The notes under the pieces: model-generated
The model's database searches: none
What the model was told of the DNA's origin: nothing
What the model saw: only the letters and a program-made list of their open reading frames with translations
Shown here: piece by piece, positions 33,482-42,600 of the stretch
Numbering within the stretch: position 1 is the stretch's first letter
Layout: each line of letters starts with the position of its first letter
Assembly: GCA_963845245.1 (NCBI GenBank)
Contig: CAWJRJ010000024.1
Coordinates: forward strand, 96,001-160,000
Origin: Nitrospirota bacterium
GTDB taxonomy: Bacteria > Nitrospirota > JACRHJ01
DNA length: 64,000 bases
Direction of reading: 5' to 3'
Program-made: the position numbers and the translations under genes

Positions 33482-33541
33482 TTAGCAGGGGTGGACGCTT
33501 GAGCTTGCCACCACTTTCGGAGCTGTGTACTTTATCTTCAT
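33482..33541 (-). CDS. Small peptide 2, MKIKYTAPKVVASSSVHPC (putative RiPP precursor)
   Basis: Translated by hand. AAAGGAGG RBS 7 nt upstream. Shares KIKYT.P.VV..SSVHPC with peptide 1. Confidence 0.8.
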   Translation of the reverse strand: MKIKYTAPKVVASSSVHPC

Positions 33542-33611
33542 TGGTTTTCCTCCTTTCCTGTTTACTTTTTGTTTATATTCGGGCCCCTACCAGGGGCCCC
33601 TGCTTAAGATA

Positions 33612-36600
33612 TTACCAGGGTGTTACCTTGTTCCAGCCGCCGGGGGTGTACGAAGGACCGGCGCCGGCGTAACCTATCTTGGTGCTGTGGCAGGCTACGT
33701 TCCTGGCTAGAGCTCCCCACAGGTTCGTGGTAGCTGTGCCGCTTATGGTGGCGGCGTCGCCGACATAACCCATCGTAGTGTGCGACGTGCCCACGTTATC
33801 ATTGTCGAGGCAGTTCGTCTTCATGAGCCTAGGCAGCCTGGAGGTGTGCGGCGTATGACACTTGCTGCACGGGAACTGGTGGTACTTGGCCTGTATCGTG
33901 CCAGCGGTCTTCTGCGTGCTGCCGCTCACGCCCCAGCGGTACCAGTGCATATGCTGCGTTGTTGTGCCGGAGTTTGCCGTCGTGTCCAGGATACCATAGA
34001 CAGCAGTGCTGCTTACAGCAACTACACCTGTAGCTCCGCCGGTATTGGTGGCACTGCCGTTACTGCTGTTGTACTGGCTCATGTGCATTCCCAACGTCGG
34101 CGAGTTCGATGTGTATGAGCCTGTGCCCTCGTTACGCTGGAAGAGGTTGACCGTTATGGTGCCCAGGTTCGCGACCGTCTCGTGGACCTTGGTCTGCACC
34201 CTCTGTGTACCAGTGGCAAGGTTCGCCGAGGTCACGTTGTCAAGCGCTATCGAGCTGGCGGTGTTCTTATCCCACGCGTGGCACTGCAGGCACAGGCCTG
34301 CGAAGTTGCCGGGGTTCCATGCAGCCGGGTTGGCCGTACTCATATTGCTATACGGATTGACATACCCGTATTGCTTGGCGGTAGTCTGCCCGAACGTGTT
34401 CTCGTCTATGAAGTAGCCGTTCCAGCCCCTCATACTGGTCACGTTCGTAAAGCCGGCGCCGTAGCTGCGTACCGGGCCGCGACCGAAGCCGTCGCCCTGT
34501 ACCGCAGGGGTGTTGTAGCCCGGTACATAAGAACCGGTCTTGAAGTCAGGGTTCGCCCTCGGAGCCGGGCCGCCGACCATCCTGTTGGTGCCTGCGGCGC
34601 TGGTGCCGCCTGAGATGTCGTCCCAGAACCTCTTTGCGGTAGACCAGCCAGTCTGATCCGCATAGGTGGTGTAGTCGTCGGCCTTGAAGATTCCTGCGAG
34701 CCTTGCAGTGGCCTCGCCGTTGCCCTTGTCCGAGGTGTAGGTGTTCCTGGGCGCGCGGTCCTCCTTGTACGGCGAGTGCATCCAGGTACCTTTGAGCGCC
34801 GGGGCCATGTAGTTCGGGTTTGAGCCTGACAGCCAGGTCCAGGTATCGTCAATAGCGTAAGTACCGGCACCGAACGTGGCGGTTATGCCGTTCGCCGTCC
34901 AGGCAGTGCTGGTGCTGGTGGTTGTACCCCAGTTCTTGCCGCTGTTGGTGGAAGCCCTGTAGGTAGCGGTGCCTAAGGCGCCACCGGCTACTATCTGGAT
35001 GACATTTACGTTCGAGGCGTTCGCCGTGCCTGTGTAGCTGCCGGAAAGGGCCGGGTCGGCACCGCTTCCGGTATAGACAGTGCGTACAGCCTTAGTGTAG
35101 CCCCTCTTGATAGCGGGCGATACGCCGTGCGGGTCATGGCAGGCGGTGCAGTTGCCGTTGACCATCGTACCCATGGTGCTCAGGCCTTCCTGCAGGTAGC
35201 CCTTTGAGTTGCCGAAGTGGCCGCCCTTGAACGTGGAGTCTTTGTACGCGAAGCTGCCGCGCCAGACGTCGCTTGTGGACCACCTGGACGAGCTGTAGTT
35301 GTTGAAATTCATACCCACGCGGTCATAGTAGCCGACAATCGCCTTGCCGCTCGGTATGCCGTAGTCCCTGTAGGTCTTCGGCGCGCCAGAGCCGTTCTCG
35401 CCCAGGTGGCAGTCGAAGCAGAGGTCTGAGCTTGAGCTGTAGGCGTTCTTCGTGCCGGACGACCCACCAGCCGCCGGAGTATATGAGGCGGTAGTCTTTA
35501 TTATGCCGCCCTCAGTGTTGCCGCTGGCGTATGAGGTACCTGCAGCGACCGGCGAGCTGTGCGAGTTGTGGCAGTCATAGCACTGGACCGCCTTGGTGCC
35601 AGAGTAGACCGCAAATGTGGCAAGGCCCTTTGGCATGTCATTCTTGCCTGTCTGGCCGTGCGGGCTGAACGCCTTGTTGACTGCGTCGGCCGGGACGACG
35701 TTATATGTCGTGGAGTTGAACTTGCCCCACGGCGTAGTAGAGATGTTGCTGTACTTGCTGCCTATGGAGTTGAAGTCCCATGCATAGGTATTCGGGGTCT
35801 TGCCGTCGCTGAACGGGGTAGCCGTCTTGTTGGTGTCGTTATGACAGCCAAGGCAGACAGGGGTAATGGAACTGTTATTCCTCAGCACCTTGTATGCAAC
35901 CGTACGTGAGACGGTTGGGTAGGTCCCGTAGACCTTCAGGTCGATCGGGTCGTCCGCGCTGAGCACGGCCCTATGGTACGTAGCGTTCGGAGTGCCGTCA
36001 GAGTTGCCTTCCGCATGGCACGGTACACAGTCAGTGGCTACTATCGTCGCCCAGCTTCCGACAATGTGGTGCGAGCCCTGGTTGAAGTCGGTCTGGATGT
36101 TGCGCCTTGCGCCCTGTGCCGAGTTGTGGCAGCCCTTGCAGTCGCCAGCGCCCTTGAATCCGGTGTCGTGGCTGTGGCACTGGGTACAGACTTTGCCGGT
36201 AGAATGGCCGGTCTGGTCTTCATAGAGCGTCCTGCTGTAATGAGCAGGGTTGCCACCGCGTACATGGCAGATCTGGCACAGGCCTGAGAAGTTGGACCTG
36301 GCATAGCTGGTGTAATTAAGGTTCGCCGGCTGGTTCACATTGGCCGGGAAATTGACGGCCTTCGTCCTGCCTGCGGTGGGTATACCGTCCGAGGTGCTAT
36401 TGGTGGTGTAGTTCACCATGCCCTGGATCATGTAGTTGTTGTGCCTGCCGTTAGGCCCGTCGTCGCCGTGCGGGTCATGGCAGTCCACACACTTGGGAGT
36501 CAATACGGTCCAATTCGCATCTCCACCGGTGTTGGTCTGGTTGTGGTGCGCGGTCGTGCTGACAGAATGGCAACCAAGCGCCGTCGTGCACAATGTGTCG

Positions 36601-39600
36601 GCGCTGCCGCCGCCTTTCACCCTGAAGAAGTTGCCCGTAGTGCCATGGGCGACAGCCGCATCGTGGCATGTCTCGCAGGATGTTACCTGCCTGGCGCCCT
36701 TCGAGCTATTGGCAGCGCCGGCTGAACCGCTGTAGCGATAGGTACCGCTTATTCTACCGTGGCCGACCGAGGTGTACTGGTCCAGGTTGATAGTGGCCTT
36801 CGTACCGCCGCCGCCGCTGTAGGTATAGTCGTCAGTCTCTGCTGTCGTTACGCCATGGCAGGTCAGGCAGTTTGCGGTGCCGCCCCAGCGTACCGTTGAT
36901 GATGCGTGGCAGGTGGCTCCTGCGGCGCCGGTGCAGGTCTTACTGGTCGAACTATACGTGACGCCACTGATATCCGAGCGGAAGTTCACGTCGCGGCTGC
37001 CGTTGATGTGCTTGATAGTGCCTGTAGACAGGTTACCCAACACGTTAACTGTGCCCCTGTGGCACTTCGAACAGTCACCAGCCGAGCTGACATGGCCAGA
37101 TACACCATGGCCGTTGAATGTATTCCTGCTCGTAGTAGATAGGTTGGCGTACTCGGGAGCGCCCGCAACCAGTGTCGTGCCCTCGGCTCCGTGGCAGCTG
37201 TCGCAGGTAACCGCAGTACCGGCTGACCATGTGCCCGGCGACTGATAGACAGGGGTTGCCTGGCCAGAGCTGTGGCAGTAGGTGTTGCGGCATGTGCCGC
37301 CTGTCACGTAGGCGCCGGTATATCCGTTGAACGGCGCAAAGTAGATGTCCCTCGTCCCGTTGACGTGCAATGCGTAGCTGGAAACTACGGCGTCACTGCT
37401 GACCGTGTCGTTGTGACACTGCGCGCATCCGAAGTTGCCGCCGTTTGCCGCATCGTTCACATGCTTCGCGTGCTTGCCGGACAACGTGCCTGAGGTCTTG
37501 CCGCCATGGCATGTTGTGCAGGTCGCGGTCGTGGTGTTCCAGACCGGGTTCGCGTAGGTCGGGGGGTTCTGACCGTTGCTGTGGCACCACATGTTCCGAC
37601 AGGTGCCTGCCGTCCACGACTTGGCCGGGTTGACCGGGTCGGTTCCAGCCGATGTGGTATTGGCCGTATAGTTGGCCAGTATACCTGTAGCGCCGAGCGC
37701 CGCATCCATCCCGCGGTAACGGAACGCAGTGCCGCCGTTGCCGTACGTCAGCGTCTTCCAAGACGTACTGGTCTTGTTGAAAAATACCTCCGCAGCCTGC
37801 AGGTTGAGCTTCCTGTCACCTGTCCCATGGGTCGTGTTCGGGGAGGTGTTCTTAGTCGCGTGGCATATCTCGCAGGCGAACTTGTATGTTGTGGAGTTGA
37901 CATGTTTCACATGCTTGCCAGTGGAGCTGTGGTTTGCATACGTACCTGCACCCTGATCGCTGTGGCAGCTCTGGCAGTCTTTCGGAAGCGATCCGCCCCA
38001 CCTCATGACCGTAGTGCCATGACACGCGGTGTTTTTGCAGCGCTTGTCGCTGGCAGTATAGGTGCCGCCGCCGCTGAACTGTACTTCTCTGCTGCCGTTG
38101 ATGTGATAGCCGCCAGCGGCTATCACGTTGCCGGCTGAAGTGACAGTCAGGTTATGGCAGTTGTAGCAGTCGGTAATGCTCTTCACGTGTTTCTGGTGGC
38201 CGTTGAACCAGGCCCCGGCCATGGTGCCGGAGGTGGACCTGTTCGCGTAGTTCGGCTCACCATAGAGGCTGGCGGGAACCCCGGTTTCAGCGCCATGGCA
38301 GCCCTTGCAGTCAAGTGTACCTGTATTCCATGCCGGGCTCCTGAACTTCGGCGTCGAAAGGAGGGCGAAGGAGCCGGTGCCGAACTTCTTCTGGCCTGAG
38401 CTGTGGCAGTAGTTGTTACGGCAGGTGTAGCTTCCCGAAACGTACGCGCCTGTGTAGTTGTTCAACGACTTGTCGAGGAAGTTGACGTTCTTCGTGCCGT
38501 TCACATGCGTGCCGTTGGTGTAGGTGATGGTAGTGTTGTTCGACTGCACCGTATCGGCGTGGCAATCAACGCACTTAAAGCTTCCAAGGTTCACGTCTAA
38601 CGCGTTGTTCAAGTGCTCCTTGTGCTTGCCGGTCGTTATCTCTGTCGTGGTCTTGGTGTAGTTGTGGCAGTTCGTACAAGTCATCGTGCCGCTCCAGGAC
38701 GGCGTCTTGTAGGACGTATTGTTGCCGTCGCTGTGGCAGTAAGTGTTCGAGCAGATCGAGCCGTTGTACGTGCCGGACTTGTTGCTATACGGCGCTAAGT
38801 ACACGTCTTTGACGCCATTGACGTGTTTGGCCTTGTTGTTGATATTGGTGTTGCTGTCAACAGTCTTATTGTGGCACTGCGCGCATCCGAAGTTATAGCT
38901 GCTGTTCGCATAGGTGTTAACGTGCTTGTTGTGCTGCGCGGAAAGCGTCCCTGAAGTAGCTCCTCCGTGGCAGCTCACGCAGGTGATCGAAGCAGCCGCT
39001 GTGGACCAGCTTACCATCACCGAGTTACCCCTGCCGTTTGAATGGCAGTAGAGGTTGCGGCAGGTGCCCTTACTGTAGTTAAGCGGTATACTGCCGCTGT
39101 TGTCAGTGCCCATCAACTTGTTTGTTGTCGTGTATGAGCCCAGCGGGTTCATGGGTGTAGAGGTGTTGTCGAACTTTACCTCTGCAGCCTGGTTGGTCTT
39201 TACGTTGCCGCCCTGGTGTGACACAGTGGCAGGGTTGTGACACTGACCACAACCGAACACATAAGTGGTGGCGTTCGAATGGTTGCCGGTAGTGTTCGCG
39301 GTCGGTATACTCGCTGAACCGTAGTGCCCCTGGTGCTGTACGTTACTCGGGGGTGCGCCGTGGCAGGTATTGCAGGCCGAGACACAGGTAGTGCAGTTCC
39401 ATGCCGGCGACGCAGCGCCGTGGCATGACGTGTTGGAACATACCTTCGTCCTGACGTCGTAGGTACCCTGCGTCAACCATACGTCCTTGTGCATAGTTGT
39501 CGATATGTCCGTGAAGCTGCTCCCGTTCACATGGTGAGACGTGAAGCCTGATACGTTGATCATCGTATTGCTGGCAGCCGTCAGCCTGTGGCATGTGTTG

Positions 39601-42600
39601 CAGCCTGTACGCCCAAGATGGTTGACATGGTCACCGGTCGTCAGTGTAGCGGCGGTAGCGCCGTGGCATGACGTGCAGCCATACGAACCTTCAGGCGTCG
39701 ACCAGTTCGGGAACCGGACCGGGTCTCCACCGCGCCCGTCAGAGTGGCATATAACAGTACAGTTGCCAGCAGTCGGGGTGTTCCATGAGCCCCAGTAGCC
39801 TGAAAGCGGGTTATACGAGTTAGCGCCGGTCATGTCGTAGAAGCCCACTTTGTAGACTACATCCTTGTGGCCGTCATCATGCGTATGCTGCGCTGCTCCA
39901 AGCGGCTGCAGGGTTGTGTTGGAGTCTGCCGTGGCATTATGGCAGTTCGTGCAGCCTATCCTAGAGCCGTAACCGCTGTTGGCAGCCGAATTGAGGTGTT
40001 CCCTGTGGTTGTATGAGAGCGTCTGAGCTTCCGTCCTCACGCCGTCGACAAGGCCCGCTCCGACTATATGGTTGTTGGCGTGGCAGCTCGTACATGTCGT
40101 GCGCTCGCCTGACGTCCAGCTCATCGTCTTATTGTAGGCCGTGCCACCCCATGTAGTCGGGTCGCCGTTAGAATGGCAGTACGCGTTCGAGCATGTCTTG
40201 TCCGGGTTGAATGTAACACCGTTGGTCGAGGTTGCATCGATCGCAACATCCACAGAGCCGTTGACGTGCTTCGACGCATCCTTGATTGCGGTCGCACCGG
40301 TTGTTACCGTATCGTTGTGGCAGTCGGAGCATGCCCTCCTGTATACGGATGAGTATACATGCATCGCATGCGCACCAGATTTCATCCTATAGTTGACTGC
40401 CTCGCTGGAGTCACCGCTGTGGCAGTTGGCACAACCCGTGAATATGTTGGTGGTCCAGGTGTAGAACGTGTTGTTAGGCGCTCCACCGCGGCCATTGCTG
40501 TGACACTTGACACTTGCGCATGTGCCCCTTGAATAGTGCCAGTAGTTCTTATCCTCTTTCGGAGCGCCGTGTGTGTATACGCCGCTGGCGTTGTTGTAGC
40601 CGTTTGCCGGTGTGATGGTGTTGAAGTTCGTTTCAGCCGTCTGTACACCAGCAATGTATTCGCCGCCGCCGTGGGTCCTGCTGTAGTGGCAGAAACGGCA
40701 GGAGAAGTCGTATTTTGTCGGATCACCGGCTACATTACCGGAGTTGTTCACAACGGAGTTGTCCGCTGTATGGAAGCCCTGGCTGTGCTTAAGGTGGCCG
40801 CCAACACCCGGGTTCGGGTTGTCCGCGCTCCCGTGGCAGCTACCGCAGGCAAGGGTATCGCCCCATCTCGGCGGGGATATCTGGCCGTGGCAATATGTAC
40901 CCGAACAGGTCTGGGTCGACTTGCGGTATGTGCCGCTGTGGTTTTCGAAGTCGAAAGTAACATCCCTTGTGCCATTCACATGCAGCGTGGGCTGTGAGGT
41001 GTATATGGACAAGCCATTATCCCTGGTGGTGCTGTAATGACACTTCGAGCAACCGAGGTTGTTGTCGACGACGTGCTCGACATGGCTGTTCCTTGTAGTC
41101 GATAGGTTGGCATACTCCGGCATGCCGTCCGTACGGGCCGCGCCATGACAGTAGTTGCAAGGTTTGGATCCGACGCTCCCCCATTGCGGGGTAGCGTATG
41201 TCGTGGCCCAGTAAGGCATATCGCCCCGGTCCAGCAGGCCGTTGGAATGGCAGTAGACATTGTAGCACTTCTGTTGGCTCGTCGAGTACCTGCCGAACTC
41301 GGACTGGTTGTCGAAATACACGTCATGTTCACCATTGACATGGTAGCGCTTGTTGGCTATCTGGATCTCATAGTTGGCAAGTCTCGGCTTGACAGTATTG
41401 TAGTGGCATTTGACGCAGTCCAGCCTGTATGCGTAGGCCCTGTCCACATGTTTCCCGTGCGAGCCTGTCGATATGGACGAGGTGGGCGTAGAGTCCTTAT
41501 AGGCGGTGTCGTGGCAGGATCCACAGATGGACGCCCCGTTCACGTCTATATAGCCGTCCTCCCATGTTGGGGTATGGTTGCTGCCACCCGCACCCGGCAT
41601 CGTAGAACCGTGGCAGTAGGTATTAACGCACGAGCGACCGTTGGTGTAATGGAAACCCTGGCCATCCGTGTAGCTTTTGAAAGGTCCGGAGCCAATGGTC
41701 GTATAAGACGCTATTGGGTTCTTGGGGTTGGAGTCCGCATCGAAGACGTTCTCCGCGTCGCGAATGCCCCTTTCAACAGGACCGCCGACATGGTGGGTTG
41801 TCCTGGTTACGCCTTCCGTCGTGACCATGTAATGGCACTTGCCGCAGGCAAACCCGTATTCGTCGGCAGTATTGGCGAGGAGGGTATTGTTGTCCTTGGG
41901 CGCCTCAGGGGTCGCATTTATTATCATGAAGTTGATTGCGGTCGGGTCTGTCCCGTTGCCTATCTTAACCATGAGGTTCTTGCCGCCGGTCACGATAACC
42001 TGCTTGTCGATGGCCTTCTTGTAAAGCCTGCCGGGATAGGTGTCCACGTTATCGATAACCTTGACAGGGGTGGCAAACCCGTCACCGGACACAGTGACAG
42101 TCTGTTTATCCAGCCTCTGTGAGGAATCACCGGTGCAGACGGTCACGTAATATGTTCCGTCCGGTACGGTTATGGTCGTCTGTGCGTCGGCCGACTTTAT
42201 GTATGTCGCATAGCGGGCGTCCTTGTTGCCGCCTGCCAGATGGTCTGAGCCGTTATTGTAGACCGTGATGGACTTGCCGGTGCTGGAAGTCCATGCGGAA
42301 CCTTTCTCCCAACCGGTGCCGTAGTCATTCGTGTAACCGCTTATCTTGGTGCCGTCGTTAGGCCCGAAGTTAATGTAATACTGGCCCGGATGATAATGCT
42401 TGACGTGGCGGCCGGTCGCGGGCGGGGTCTCATGGCAGTACTCGCCGCAGACAATGGCTTCAAGGCCCCACATAGGCGAGTTCTGGCTGCGATGACAATA
42501 GGTATTCGAACAGTAACCGGTCGTCTGCTTGTATCTGATGCCGGATGAGTAGTTTTTGTATTTATAGACATACGTGGTCGAGGCATTGAACGTGCCGCCT

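Noticed and set aside
33525..33710. 61-aa plus-strand ORF from the track
   Set aside because: It overlaps the giant cytochrome end and peptide 2 on the opposite strand, with no RBS or motif.
41145..42122. 325-aa and many smaller plus-strand ORFs across the cytochrome genes
   Set aside because: They are antisense shadows caused by codon bias in the real minus-strand genes.
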